Shown here piece after piece: positions 49,972 through 60,626 of a stretch of DNA of 64,000 nucleotides. The translations under genes and the position numbers were made by a program. Origin of the DNA: an uncultured bacterium (lineage in GTDB: Bacteria; Armatimonadota; Abditibacteriia; Abditibacteriales; Abditibacteriaceae); the NCBI GenBank assembly GCA_963843795.1, contig CAWJLW010000006.1, forward strand, positions 3,174,375 to 3,238,374. Reading direction: 5' to 3'. The notes under the pieces were generated by a model that worked only from the letters and a program-made list of their open reading frames with translations, was not told where the DNA came from and searched no databases. The first letter of the stretch is position 1; each line of letters begins with the position of its first letter.

Positions 49972-50850
49972 TTACGAGCACAAAATTTCCGTCAAGCGCG
50001 CCGTTGCGCGTTCGGCATCGACTTGGACCGCAACGCGGGAATTCGCTTCGCCATCAACGACAACGGTTCTGCCGCGACCGTCGCCGCACAAAATAACTTC
50101 GATGCGCTTAGGTTCAAAGCACACCAAATCGGGTTCGATGAGCGTGAGAATAGCCAGCGGATCGTGCAACGTGATGGAACGGGAATTTTCATTGAGCCAC
50201 AATTTCATCAAACGCCCTAGCAATTCATGGCGCGCACTGATGCGCTCGACTTGCTCGTTGGACAATTGACATTGCAGCGTAACGTCCAAACCGACCATCG
50301 AAATTTCGATGCCGGAATTGAAAACCATGGCGGCGGCTTCGGGGTCGCACAAAATATTCCATTCGGCAGTTTCGTCGTTCCAGCAGCCGCCCATCATCAC
50401 AAGTCGCGCACACGAGACGATTTCCGGACAGCGCGCAATCGCGACCCCAAGGTTAGTGAGCGGGCCAATCGATGCAAGTGTCAACAGGTTTTGCGCGTCA
50501 TAAACGCCGTCATTCCCGCAACATTCTTCGACCAGAAAATCAATGCCGTTGCACGGAGTTTCGGCCCAGATATCTTCATCGCCATCTTCTTCCAAAACGC
50601 GAAATTGCGCGCCCAATTTCGCATCGAATGGTTGCAGCAGCGGCTTAGAAAGGCCGGGCGCAACCGGCACTGTGCTGCGTTGGTATTCCGTGAGAATTTT
50701 GCTCGCCAAAAGCGCGCGGCGCGGCGCATTGCGAAACACGGTCGTGACGCCGCGCAAATCAAATTTGGGCGATGATAAAACCAAAGCCAAAGCCAAAGCA
50801 TCGTCGATGTCGTCGCCGATGTCGGTATCGAGAATGAGGGGCATTGTCAT
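49972..50850 (-). CDS. Inosine/uridine-preferring nucleoside hydrolase
   Basis: LDTDIGDDIDDALAL, GPLTNL, EWNILCDPEAA, LHDPL. Confidence 0.93.
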   Translation of the reverse strand: MTMPLILDTDIGDDIDDALALALVLSSPKFDLRGVTTVFRNAPRRALLASKILTEYQRSTVPVAPGLSKPLLQPFDAKLGAQFRVLEEDGDEDIWAETPCNGIDFLVEECCGNDGVYDAQNLLTLASIGPLTNLGVAIARCPEIVSCARLVMMGGCWNDETAEWNILCDPEAAAMVFNSGIEISMVGLDVTLQCQLSNEQVERISARHELLGRLMKLWLNENSRSITLHDPLAILTLIEPDLVCFEPKRIEVILCGDGRGRTVVVDGEANSRVAVQVDAERATARLTEILCS

Positions 50851-51446
50851 TACAGCGGGATTTCGATGCCATCGAGAAAAGTTTTGCTCACCATTTCAAC
50901 CGACAAAATTTGCTGAAAAAGTGGCGGAACTTCAGGGTTTTCCGAAGGGCTGACGATCCAGACTTCGCGCGATTGGCCGATGGCTTTCAATTTTCGAATG
51001 GTGCCAGCAGCGTTTTTTAAATCGGCTTCGATGGTGGTGGTGACTTCGATGACATAACGCTCGCTGCCGTCATCGGTGGGAATACGGCGGATGGTGTCCA
51101 AACGCGAAGTCACTTTGTTCAGCGCGGGCAGTTGCGCAGCGCTTTTTTGCAAGCCATTTAGAGCGGTTTCGCGCGGATTGATGTTGCCATCGCCATCGAC
51201 CTGCTGAAAATCGGGCGCCCAGTATTTCGTGGCGGCCGCGGCGTCTTTTTTCAATAAAGCCGCATCGACTTCGGCATAAATTGCTTCAAACGCGGCGCGA
51301 GTCGAAAGGCGCACTCCACTACGGTCGGGCACATCCAAATCGGTTTTGGTGGTGGGCGCGGCGTTTTGCGCAAGTAGTGGCACCGGCGATAAAGCAAATG
51401 TGGTGCACAGTAAGAACGCGGGCAAAGTAAAAAAGGAAAGTTTCAT
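50850..51446 (-). CDS. Secreted hypothetical protein, NTF2/DUF4440-like
   Basis: Signal peptide; YAEVDAALLKKDAAAATKYWAPDF pattern. Confidence 0.6.
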   Translation of the reverse strand: MKLSFFTLPAFLLCTTFALSPVPLLAQNAAPTTKTDLDVPDRSGVRLSTRAAFEAIYAEVDAALLKKDAAAATKYWAPDFQQVDGDGNINPRETALNGLQKSAAQLPALNKVTSRLDTIRRIPTDDGSERYVIEVTTTIEADLKNAAGTIRKLKAIGQSREVWIVSPSENPEVPPLFQQILSVEMVSKTFLDGIEIPL

Positions 51447-52429
51447 GATTTAGGTTTGCGGTGAGCCGCAGAAAAACGTTGGTGCACCAGATGCAACGCG
51501 CGCTTTTCCAGCGCAATGCGGCGCTGCAAGTACTTGCCACGCGTCCGCGGCGAAAACCAGCTTAAATTGTAATACGCGCGGTCGGTCGCACCCAGCCGAT
51601 ATTTGTAATCTTCGCGCCCTTGCAGAAAATCAAATTCAGTCGCGCCTTCTTCTATCGCGTGACGAATGACGTGCGCGAACAAGCATGTCCCAACGCTCCA
51701 ACGCATCAGTTCCGGCTCGAAACCACCGATAAAAAACCAATAGCGCCCGCCGTGAAAATAGTTCAATAGCACGCACGCCGCGCGACCATCGCACTGCATT
51801 GTCCACAGGCGCAACCAATCGCGACGACCGAATTCGCGGCACACTTCGCGGTGAAATTTTTGGCGGCGCGGCGTCGCTAAAACGCCAGTTTGACCGCGCG
51901 CACGCCAACGCGCGCCGTGCAAACGAAACAAATCGTCTAAAGCTGTTTCGATTTCGCTTTCACTTTGGGCAAGAGAGATTTCGACCGAAAATTCTTTGGC
52001 TAAACGTTTGGGATAGCGCTTGATTTGCTCGCGCATATTCTTGCCCAGTCCGCGCACATAATCATCGAACGAATCCGGCAAGATTAAAACTGGACACGTT
52101 TCGGCTTCTTCAACGCGCCAATGGCTGTCGCGCGCCAGTTGAATCAGCGCGCTTTGATGATGTACCTGCGCCAACTCCGCCGCATCATGACGGCGCGCCA
52201 AATGTTCAATTTGACGCCATAAGTCGTGCGCTCCGGCCTCGTGCAAGTACTTGCAGCCGCCAATATCAGCGATGCCCGCGCCCCACCATTCCAAACGCCG
52301 CGCCGTGCGCCCGCGCGACATCAAATAGGCCGCAGCGCCTTCGGTTTGCAGGCGATGCCATTGTTTACCGGCGCCAAAATGGCGGCGATAAGCCATAAGA
52401 TAGGGGCGCGTTTGAAAAACGGAAAACAT
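51443..52429 (-). CDS. GNAT acetyltransferase (CelD/BcsL type)
   Basis: SFDDYVRGLGKNMREQIKR, LHGARW, SVGTCL, FDFLQGREDYK. Confidence 0.85.
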   Translation of the reverse strand: MFSVFQTRPYLMAYRRHFGAGKQWHRLQTEGAAAYLMSRGRTARRLEWWGAGIADIGGCKYLHEAGAHDLWRQIEHLARRHDAAELAQVHHQSALIQLARDSHWRVEEAETCPVLILPDSFDDYVRGLGKNMREQIKRYPKRLAKEFSVEISLAQSESEIETALDDLFRLHGARWRARGQTGVLATPRRQKFHREVCREFGRRDWLRLWTMQCDGRAACVLLNYFHGGRYWFFIGGFEPELMRWSVGTCLFAHVIRHAIEEGATEFDFLQGREDYKYRLGATDRAYYNLSWFSPRTRGKYLQRRIALEKRALHLVHQRFSAAHRKPKS

Positions 52430-52504
52430 AGTTCGGAAGTGGGAAGTTGGAGAAATGGAGATTGGAATTTTGCGTTGCAAAAACTTACAGCGCAATGGGA
52501 CGCT

Positions 52505-53344
52505 TTATCTTTCTGTAATTGCGGCGCACAATTGCGGCAAATTATCAAAACACAAATCGGGTTTTTGTTCGCCCCTCGCGGCTTCCACATCAGCGCGCGT
52601 ATGCACGCCGGTCGCCACCCAGATCGCGCCGATTCCCGCACGCTGCGCGCAGGCGATGTCAGTATCCAAACGGTCGCCAACCATTGCGGTTGTGGTTGTG
52701 TGCAAACCAAAACGCCCGACACAGCCGGTTAGCATCGCGGGTTCGGGCTTGCCAATAACTTGCGGCGTTTGCTCGGAAGCGGTGGCAATCGCAGCGACAA
52801 TTGAACCAGCGCCGGGCACAACGCCGTTTTCGGTGGGAAAAGTCGCATCGGCATTGGTGGCGATGAACTTTGCGCCGTTGAGAATGTGTTTTTGGGCGCG
52901 GCACAGCTTGTCGTAGCTGAAAGCACGGTCGAGACCCGCAACGACAACATCGGGGCAAACCTCGTCATCTTCTTCCAAAATAAAGCCACCAACACGCGCG
53001 ATTTCGTTGCGAATGCCATCTTCGCCCACAACATAAGCGCTGAACTTGCCATCGGGAAACAGCGTTTCGAGATGCCACGCGGTCGCGACGGCCGAAGTGA
53101 TAATTTCTTCGGGCGCGGCCCTGATTTGCATTTGCTGCAAACGCGTCGCGTAGTGTTCCTGCGAGCGGCTGGAATTGTTGGTGGCAAAAAAACAATGCAC
53201 GCCGTGCGCGCGCAATGCCTCAAGGCTGGACGCCGCGCCTTCAATCGGCGTTTGTCCGCGCCAGATGACGCCATCCAAATCGAAAATTAGGGCGCGCAGA
53301 GCGCGCAAATTGGCGAGAGAAAAATTTGAATTCACCCCAAGCAA
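52505..53344 (-). CDS. HAD-IIA hydrolase (NagD-like)
   Basis: FDLDGVIW, TNNS, ATNAD, GKPEP, VGDRLDTDI. Confidence 0.93.
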   Translation of the reverse strand: MLGVNSNFSLANLRALRALIFDLDGVIWRGQTPIEGAASSLEALRAHGVHCFFATNNSSRSQEHYATRLQQMQIRAAPEEIITSAVATAWHLETLFPDGKFSAYVVGEDGIRNEIARVGGFILEEDDEVCPDVVVAGLDRAFSYDKLCRAQKHILNGAKFIATNADATFPTENGVVPGAGSIVAAIATASEQTPQVIGKPEPAMLTGCVGRFGLHTTTTAMVGDRLDTDIACAQRAGIGAIWVATGVHTRADVEAARGEQKPDLCFDNLPQLCAAITER

Positions 53345-53359
53345 TTTAGCACATCGGGG

Positions 53360-54022
53360 CTAAATCGCCTCGATGCTTTCTCGCAAATTTGCTAACCAAC
53401 CGCGTTCACGCAAAATTTCCAGCACTTGATTCTGAATGACATCCGGAGTTTGCTGCGCATCAATCACCACGATGCGCTCGGAATTTGTCGCGGCCAAATC
53501 GAGAAACGATTGGCGCACGCGCTCCTGAAACTGCGCGCCACGCGCTTCGATGTGATCGGCTTTGGCGCCGTGCTCGGATACACGCAGTTCGCGACGTTGC
53601 AAAGCAATCGCGGGCTTCACATCGAACAGCAGCGTAAGTTCGGGCTGAGTTGTCGCGCAGGCGAAATCGTTCATGGCGCGCAAAAAATTGTCGTCCATCT
53701 GAAGGCCGCCACCTTGATAAGCCAACGTCGAATCGATGAAGCGATCGCACAAAATCCAAGCGCCGCGCGCCAGAGCAGGTTGAATAAGTTGCGCGACGTG
53801 CTGCGCGCGACTGGCGCCGAAGAGCAAAACCTCGGCGCGCGGTACAATCGGTTGTGAACCGTGCAACAGTTGATGGCGAATGCTTTCGGCCAGCGCGGTG
53901 CCGCCGGGTTCGCGCGTGGCGATGACGTTTTGGCCGCGTTCGCCGAGCCAATCGCGCAACAAATTCCATTGCGTGGTTTTACCGCAACCGTCGATACCTT
54001 CGAAAGTAATGAAATGTGACAT
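53360..54022 (-). CDS. tmk: Thymidylate kinase
   Basis: FITFEGIDGCGKTTQ, TREPGGT, CDRFIDSTLAYQG. Confidence 0.96.
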   Translation of the reverse strand: MSHFITFEGIDGCGKTTQWNLLRDWLGERGQNVIATREPGGTALAESIRHQLLHGSQPIVPRAEVLLFGASRAQHVAQLIQPALARGAWILCDRFIDSTLAYQGGGLQMDDNFLRAMNDFACATTQPELTLLFDVKPAIALQRRELRVSEHGAKADHIEARGAQFQERVRQSFLDLAATNSERIVVIDAQQTPDVIQNQVLEILRERGWLANLRESIEAI

Positions 54023-54159
54023 GACAAAAGCAAACAACAAGCACAAGTCGCACGCAAGTACTTGACTCACGAAACTCGACGGTCAAATCAAAAGCGCCCT
54101 GCAAGTACTGCGCAAGTACTTGCAGGGCGCTTTTCGAGACAGCACGCTCGTGGCGGCAA

Positions 54160-54960
54160 TTAGGCCGGTAATTTGTCGATGGCTTCCTGAATACCGGGAT
54201 GTCCGGGAGAAATTTCTAAAATGCGTTGCCATGAATTGCGCGCCCCAGCGAAATCGCCACGTTTTTTGGCTGCGGCGCCGTTGTTCCACAGCGTTTTCAG
54301 CTGTGCCATCACGGCGGGGTTATCGCTCGCGAAGCCCGAAGCGCTCACAATGACCTGACGGCGGTCGGCACGACGTCCGGGTTGCCCGGCCATGCCGGGA
54401 CGAATCAAAGGAACTGGCGTCGGAGCATTGGGCACAGGCACGAAACGCGGCACCGAATCGGCCTGCGCCGCCGCGATGACCGGTTTACCGGCCGCGGCTT
54501 TGGGTGGCACGATGCCCGCTTTTTCAGGACGCGACATTGGACGGTCGCCCGCCACTTCCACATTCGCAACCGATTTCGCTGGCACAACAGGTTTGACAGA
54601 CGCGCCGGGTTTGGCAGAAGCGCCTTTTTGAGGCGGAGCGCCCGGTGGTTTGCGTGCGGGAGGCGCGCTGGCAACCGTTGTGACCGCAGCGCTATCGTCA
54701 ACGTCTTCGACCGACTGGCGACCGAACATCCACCACGCGCCCACAGCCGCGAGCATCAAAGCGAAAGCTGCGCCACCGATAACGGCGGCAGAAGGGCCGC
54801 GACGTTTGGGAGGCAGATTATCGGGAATCAAATCTGCAAACTGATCTTCGCTGGGCATCGTCGTCGTTCTGGCTGTGTCGGTCACGACAGTTGTCGTTCC
54901 GTCCGGCTCGGTCACAACGGTTGCGTCCGCATCCTTTTTTTTCCCCAATCTCAATGCCAT
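54160..54960 (-). CDS. Hypothetical membrane-anchored Pro/Ala-rich protein with a C-terminal TPR-like segment
   Basis: One TM segment; GDFAGARNSWQRILEISPGH. Confidence 0.65.
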   Translation of the reverse strand: MALRLGKKKDADATVVTEPDGTTTVVTDTARTTTMPSEDQFADLIPDNLPPKRRGPSAAVIGGAAFALMLAAVGAWWMFGRQSVEDVDDSAAVTTVASAPPARKPPGAPPQKGASAKPGASVKPVVPAKSVANVEVAGDRPMSRPEKAGIVPPKAAAGKPVIAAAQADSVPRFVPVPNAPTPVPLIRPGMAGQPGRRADRRQVIVSASGFASDNPAVMAQLKTLWNNGAAAKKRGDFAGARNSWQRILEISPGHPGIQEAIDKLPA

Positions 54961-55082
54961 TTTCGTCCTCCGCTCACTCTCATTTTACGAACACTGTCAT
55001 CACAACTGCGCAACGCGCATCTCTTATTATTCCCCGATTTCAAACTCGCGGCACAATTTTTTCGTTTCGGCTCGCTTGGGCA

Positions 55083-57020
55083 TTAGCTTTGGCGACGCGC
55101 GTTAGGTAAAAAGCGCACGCGACGTTGCGGTTCTCGCCCGACGCTGTAGGAACGCAAATGATAACGTTCCGCGAGCTGATGTTGCAAGCGACGCAGCGAT
55201 TGTCCCTGCGGACGCAAATCGACCGGCTCGGCTTCTTTCATCACTCGTTGGGCCGCATTGCGCGCTTCGGTCAAAGCCAATTCGCGCGGAGAAGACAAGT
55301 TCTTGTCACTGGTTTCGCCATTATTGCCCATCGCACCAAACAAATCGTTCAGTCGCGCCAGAATTTGCGCGTAGGTGTTGCCGCGCACGCCGACAATCGG
55401 CAAACCTAACTCGCGCGCTTCGCGCAGCAAGCTCGATTCCGCCGTCACTCCACCTCCCGAAAGCAATAAAACCGCATCGGCTTCGTTCCACGAACGCGAC
55501 AAAGAAAGCGGCAAGCCGAGTTGCTTTATCGCACGCGTCAAACGCGAACGGCTAACGCCAAACGGATACAAACGCCGCACGCGCGCCACATCTAACTGTG
55601 CCTCATTCCAACGCGGCTGCACTTCAAATTCTTCTTCGCGTGTAGATGAATCATCTTCGCGCGTCGCCAGTAGCAACGCCCCGTGCTCTTCGGAAGTACT
55701 TGCCGCGCCATTATTCGCTTCATCGTAGCGCGAGCGCGCTTCCAAGAAACTATCGTCGTCGCGTTCGCGAACTTGTCGCGGGCCTCGCTCGCGTGGTGAT
55801 TGTTCGCGATGGGCGCGGTCGCGCGTGCCACGTTCGGAACGCCCGCGATTTTTATCGCCAGTTTTACTGCCGTTTTTATCGCTGCGCCCGCGCTCATCGC
55901 GTCCACGTTCATCGCGCGGACGCATATCGAACGAATGTTCTTGACGTTCGGCCATTTCTTGCGGAGCGGGCGTTTCGATATGAATTTGGCCATTTTCATC
56001 GCGCCAGCGAATTTCGGGCGCAAGAGGCATTCCGCGCAACAAACCATCGACGGTTTCATCGACCGGACGGCGCACCGCGATGCGCCCGCGCTCGATCATC
56101 TCGACCACGACATCGAAAGTCGGCGGCGCTTTGCGCTCTAAAACTGTTTTCTGCGTGCCGCGTCGCCGCGCTTCCTCGTCCGATAAAGTCACCGCGCCGA
56201 TGCCGCCAATTAAATCGCTCATCGAAGGATTGTTCAGCAAGTTGTCCAGCGTATTGCCGTGAACGGTCGCGATAAGCTGTACCCCACGTTCGGCAATCGT
56301 GCGCGCCGCCATCGCTTCTTCCAGGCGCCCGATTTCGTCGATGACAACGGTTTGCGGCATATGATTTTCGACGGCTTCGATCATCACGTCGTGCTGCTGT
56401 GCGACGCGTGCGACCTGCATCCGTCGCGCGCGCCCGATGGCTGGATGCGGCACATCGCCATCGCCCGCGATTTCATTGCTGGTATCGACAATCACCACGC
56501 GACGCATTTCTTCATCGGCCAATACGCGCGCGATTTCGCGGAGCATCGTGGTTTTGCCCAAACCCGGACGCCCCATCAGCAAAACACTTTGGCCGCTGGC
56601 GATCAAGTCGCGCAAAATATCGACGATGCCGCTGACCGCGCGCCCGATGCGCAAGGTCAAACCGACGATGCCACCGCGCCGATTGCGAATTGCCGAAATG
56701 CGATGCAACGTCGCCGCGATGCCGGCGCGATTATCGTCGCCAAACGCTCCCAGCTTGGTTTCAACGCTTTTAAGTTCGTCGTGTGTGATTGGCGTGTCGC
56801 GCAGATAACGATAGTCGCGCCGGAAACGCGCTTCGGGCAAACGGCCCAAATCGAGAATAATTTCCATTAATTGCCCGCGCTCGTCGGGCAAAATTGCAGC
56901 GCGAATATCGGGCGGCAAAACCGCCAGTAGTTGGTCGAGATTGTCGGTGATTTGCTGCGGTTCGGAAACCGCATCGGAAACAATCTCCTCAGAAACAACG
57001 GAATCGGATTCGGGCATCAT
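55083..57020 (-). CDS. Ycf45/SpoIIIAA-like AAA ATPase with a C-terminal R3H domain
   Basis: LDLGRLP, LHRISAIRNR, GRPGLGKTT, DTSNEIAGDGD, AVENHMP, RRLQHQLAERYHLRSYSVG. Confidence 0.9.
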   Translation of the reverse strand: MMPESDSVVSEEIVSDAVSEPQQITDNLDQLLAVLPPDIRAAILPDERGQLMEIILDLGRLPEARFRRDYRYLRDTPITHDELKSVETKLGAFGDDNRAGIAATLHRISAIRNRRGGIVGLTLRIGRAVSGIVDILRDLIASGQSVLLMGRPGLGKTTMLREIARVLADEEMRRVVIVDTSNEIAGDGDVPHPAIGRARRMQVARVAQQHDVMIEAVENHMPQTVVIDEIGRLEEAMAARTIAERGVQLIATVHGNTLDNLLNNPSMSDLIGGIGAVTLSDEEARRRGTQKTVLERKAPPTFDVVVEMIERGRIAVRRPVDETVDGLLRGMPLAPEIRWRDENGQIHIETPAPQEMAERQEHSFDMRPRDERGRDERGRSDKNGSKTGDKNRGRSERGTRDRAHREQSPRERGPRQVRERDDDSFLEARSRYDEANNGAASTSEEHGALLLATREDDSSTREEEFEVQPRWNEAQLDVARVRRLYPFGVSRSRLTRAIKQLGLPLSLSRSWNEADAVLLLSGGGVTAESSLLREARELGLPIVGVRGNTYAQILARLNDLFGAMGNNGETSDKNLSSPRELALTEARNAAQRVMKEAEPVDLRPQGQSLRRLQHQLAERYHLRSYSVGREPQRRVRFLPNARRQS

Positions 57021-57117
57021 AAGAAAATACGAGGCACAATGCTAAATAAACTCGCAGTTCAAGTTTACTCTGTGACAAGCCCGCAAGTACTTGCAGCGTC
57101 ATTTGCATTCTTGCTTT

Positions 57118-58002
57118 CTAAGTTTCCGAGTGCAAATCGCGCGCGTTTTTCAAATTGGTTTCAATCATGGTTTCGGTTTCGGGAGTTTCCAGAATGAAGG
57201 GCGTGTTTTGCAGTTGCGGATGATTGAGAATTGCGCCCATTCCCTCGCGTCCAATCGCGCCCGCGCCGATATGTTCGTGGCGATCTAAACGTTTTCCCAA
57301 CACGCCTTTGCTATCGTTAAGATGAACGACGGCGATTTTTTCGATTCCGATTTTCTCATCCCAATTGGCGAAAGTTTGTGCGACGGCTGCGGGCGTCGAT
57401 AAATCGTGACCCGCTGCGAAGGCGTGGCAGGTATCGAAACAAAAACCGATGCGCTGGGCGGGCAAATGGTCGCGAAAATACTGCAAGTGCTCGAATGGAC
57501 CGCCCAGCGCGGTGCCCGGTGCAGCAGTGTTTTCCAAAGCGATACGCACGCGCGCTTCAGGCGTGTGCCGAAAAACTTCACCTAATCCCGCAACAAAACG
57601 CTCCAGACCGGCACTTTCGTCGGGCGTAATTGGCGGGCGCGTATCACTTTGATCTTTGGTTCCGCCGTGCGCGCCACAGTGCGTGACCAACCAATCGCAG
57701 CCCATGATATCGGCGCGTTCGATTTCGTCAATCATCGCTGCGATAGACTTTGAACGAATCGTTTCATCTGCCGAAGCTAAATTAATCAGATACGAATCGT
57801 GGGCGACCAGAGGCCGCAAACCGGATGCGTTCCAAGCTTCGCGAAAGGCAGCACTTTTGCTTTCATCGAGCGGCGCAGCGTTCCAGATGCGCGGAGATTT
57901 GGTAAAAATTTGCAAACAATCGCAGCGCAATTCCAGCGCGCGTTCAACGGTTGCAATCAGGCTTTTGCCTGTGGGAAGATGAGCACCAAGACGAAGTGAC
58001 AT
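57118..58002 (-). CDS. nfo: Endonuclease IV
   Basis: QIFTKSPR, HDSYLINL, LENTA, CFDTCHAF, HLNDSK, DRHEHIG, ILETP. Confidence 0.95.
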   Translation of the reverse strand: MSLRLGAHLPTGKSLIATVERALELRCDCLQIFTKSPRIWNAAPLDESKSAAFREAWNASGLRPLVAHDSYLINLASADETIRSKSIAAMIDEIERADIMGCDWLVTHCGAHGGTKDQSDTRPPITPDESAGLERFVAGLGEVFRHTPEARVRIALENTAAPGTALGGPFEHLQYFRDHLPAQRIGFCFDTCHAFAAGHDLSTPAAVAQTFANWDEKIGIEKIAVVHLNDSKGVLGKRLDRHEHIGAGAIGREGMGAILNHPQLQNTPFILETPETETMIETNLKNARDLHSET

Positions 58003-58164
58003 AAAAAAGGGAACTAAGCGATCTGCACCAACAACGCGGCAAGTACTTGCAGATGCCTGTAGACAGTTTAACGCGACGTAACGCGCTTTTCCGACGCCCG
58101 CGTCTAAAACGAATTAGAATAGAAAACATTCTGAATTCAAATAATATCTAAGGAACGTCTCATT

Positions 58165-58932
58165 ATGAAAATCGAACAGGTCGGAGCACAATTGTATACG
58201 ATTCGCGACTTCATCAAAACCCCGCCCGAGATCGCGACTTCGCTGAAAAAGATTCGCGACATCGGTTACCACGCAGTGCAGGTTTCGGGCATGGGGCCAA
58301 TTGACGAAAGCGAACTCTTGAAAATGTGCAACGATCTTGGCCTGACGATTTGCGCCACGCACGAAAGCACCACGCGCATTTTGGACGAACCTTTGCAAAT
58401 TGTCGAGCGTTTGAAAAAACTCGATTGCCGCTACACCGCCGTGCCTTCGGCGGGCACGCGTTTCGAAACCATCGAGGAAGTCGAAGCCTTTGCCGCGCGC
58501 ATGAACCAGGCCGGAAAGGTTTTGGCCGAAAACGATTGCACCCTGATGTATCATAATCACGCTTCGGAATTCGCACGCATTGAGGGCCAGATGATTCTGG
58601 AACTGTTTTACGGCCAGACCGATGCGCGCTATCTACAGGGTGAAATTGACACTTATTGGGTGCAATACGGCGGCGCCGATCCGGTCGCATGGTGCGAACG
58701 TTTGAAAAATCGTTTGCCGGTGATTCATCTCAAGGATTATATGGCCAGTCAGGATAACAAAGCCACGTTTTGCGAAATTGGATACGGCAATTTAGATATG
58801 GCAGCCATTATTGCCGCAGCGGAAAAGTCGGGCTGCCAATGGCTGGTCGTCGAACAGGATACAACGCCCGGCGATCCGTTTGAAAGCCTGAAAATGAGCT
58901 TCGATTGGCTGCACCAACACTTGAGCGCTTGA
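58165..58932 (+). CDS. Sugar-phosphate isomerase/epimerase (xylose isomerase-like TIM barrel)
   Basis: QLYTIR, YHNHASEF, EIDTYW, HLKD, VEQD. Confidence 0.9.
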   Translation: MKIEQVGAQLYTIRDFIKTPPEIATSLKKIRDIGYHAVQVSGMGPIDESELLKMCNDLGLTICATHESTTRILDEPLQIVERLKKLDCRYTAVPSAGTRFETIEEVEAFAARMNQAGKVLAENDCTLMYHNHASEFARIEGQMILELFYGQTDARYLQGEIDTYWVQYGGADPVAWCERLKNRLPVIHLKDYMASQDNKATFCEIGYGNLDMAAIIAAAEKSGCQWLVVEQDTTPGDPFESLKMSFDWLHQHLSA

Positions 58933-59045
58933 AAAGTTGTGGCAAGCCCTTGTCGCAAGTACTTGCAGGGCCGAATTGTTGCAGATAACTCGGTGCAAGT
59001 CATGGCGCAAATAATCCAGCAGGTGCAGATGAGGAGTGCAGTTTT

Positions 59046-60626
59046 ATGAGTGGGATGTCGGGAACGCAACGAGTAATTTTGGGCGCAGGCGCGATGTTGG
59101 CAATTTTGCTGATGTCGATGTGGATGTCGTTTTCGCGCTTTGCCGAACTCGAACGCGAAAACAGCATCAACGCGCAAACTTACCGCACGCTTTTATTAAC
59201 GCATGAAGCGACGCGCGCCTTGATCGATATGGAAACTGGCAATCGCGGCTTTTTGCTGACGGGTCAAGACGCTTTTCGCGAGCCGTTTTATAGCGGTCGC
59301 AACACGTTCAAAGCGCGTTATGCCGATTTGCTCCGGCTCACGGCCGCTTCGCCAGCCCAACAAAAACGCCTTAAGACAATCAAGGCCAAGCTCACTCAAT
59401 GGTTCGCTTTAGCCAATCCCGCCATCCAAGCGCGTCGCAAATCGGCTCCGGGCGCGCCAGTGATTTTGATCGGCAACGAAGGCAAGCGTAAACAACTGGT
59501 CGACGAGATGCGCGTTCTGTTGCAGGAAGTGCGCAGCCAGGAAGAGGGCGGTTTGCAGCAGGCCAACGCGCGGCGTTCAAACCTGCAATTTCTTTCGCAG
59601 GGCACACTGGCTTTTAATGCGCTTTTGGCGACTTTATTCGTGGTTGGCCTGGCATGGAGCTTGGTGCGCGGCGCTTCGCGCGTCGAAGAGTCGAACGCCG
59701 AACTGCGAAGGCAGGTCGAAACCAGCCGCCGTTTGGAACGCGAACGAACGATTTTAGCCAATCACAACGAGCAAATTCTCAACTCGACCAGCGAAGGCAT
59801 TGTCGGCCTCAACATCAAAGGACGCATCACTTACGCCAACCCCTCGGCGGCCAAAATGCTGGGCTGGGAGCCGGAAGAATTGATCGGCAAATCGTGGTTC
59901 GATGCTGCTCAGCACGCGCACGCCGATGGCTCTCCTACCGACAACAAAGACAGCCCGATTATGGCTTCGCTGCGCGATATGAAAGCTCGTCGCGTCAGCG
60001 ATGATATTTTCTGGAATCGTCGCGGTCGCAACTTCCCCGTCGAATACGCGGTGACGCCGCTTTTTGAAATGAAAGGCGCGAGTGCTGAAGGCGAAAATGC
60101 CGATGACGAACAAATGGACGCAGAAGAAGCACAGCAAGTCGGCGCGACATTAACGTTCCGCAACATTACCGAACGCAAGCAATCGGAAATCGCGCTGATA
60201 CGCTTGGCTTCGGTTGTCGAATCGTCCAAAGATGCCATCCTGAGCCATCTGCCCGACGGCACTATCGTTTCGTGCAATGCGGCTGCAGTGCGTTTGTATG
60301 GATACCCGGCACGCAACCTGGAAAATCAACCGTTGAATACTTTGTTTCCACCCGGAAGTTCGCGCGAAGTCGAATTGGTCGTCGAGCACATTCAAGGCGG
60401 CGAGCGTATCGATCCGTATCAGACCAAGATGCTGACCAAAGATGGCCGCCGCATCAATGTCGCCCTGACCTTTTATCCGGTTCTTGATGCGCGCGGCAAC
60501 TTGATGGGCGCTTCATCTAACGCGCGTCCGCTGCGCAAAAGCGGCGGCCCTGAACTGCCCGATTTCGAAGAAGCCATCGCCAACAGCGCGGATAATGTGG
60601 AAACTGCCGAAACCGTTTCTGCCTGA
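59046..60626 (+). CDS. CHASE3-PAS-PAS membrane sensor with no recognisable output domain
   Basis: TM; DMETGNRGFLLTG (CHASE3); TM; two PAS domains (ITYANPSAAKMLGW; FRNITERK; VVESSKDAI). Confidence 0.85.
   Translation: MSGMSGTQRVILGAGAMLAILLMSMWMSFSRFAELERENSINAQTYRTLLLTHEATRALIDMETGNRGFLLTGQDAFREPFYSGRNTFKARYADLLRLTAASPAQQKRLKTIKAKLTQWFALANPAIQARRKSAPGAPVILIGNEGKRKQLVDEMRVLLQEVRSQEEGGLQQANARRSNLQFLSQGTLAFNALLATLFVVGLAWSLVRGASRVEESNAELRRQVETSRRLERERTILANHNEQILNSTSEGIVGLNIKGRITYANPSAAKMLGWEPEELIGKSWFDAAQHAHADGSPTDNKDSPIMASLRDMKARRVSDDIFWNRRGRNFPVEYAVTPLFEMKGASAEGENADDEQMDAEEAQQVGATLTFRNITERKQSEIALIRLASVVESSKDAILSHLPDGTIVSCNAAAVRLYGYPARNLENQPLNTLFPPGSSREVELVVEHIQGGERIDPYQTKMLTKDGRRINVALTFYPVLDARGNLMGASSNARPLRKSGGPELPDFEEAIANSADNVETAETVSA

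Noticed and set aside
5447..54070. ORF-track N-terminal extensions containing LQVLA/CKYLQ/ASTC (rplV, mntH, LivK-like, DUF374, DUF1501, NUDIX, tmk)
   Set aside because: They arise from reading through intergenic palindrome copies. Conserved starts lie downstream.
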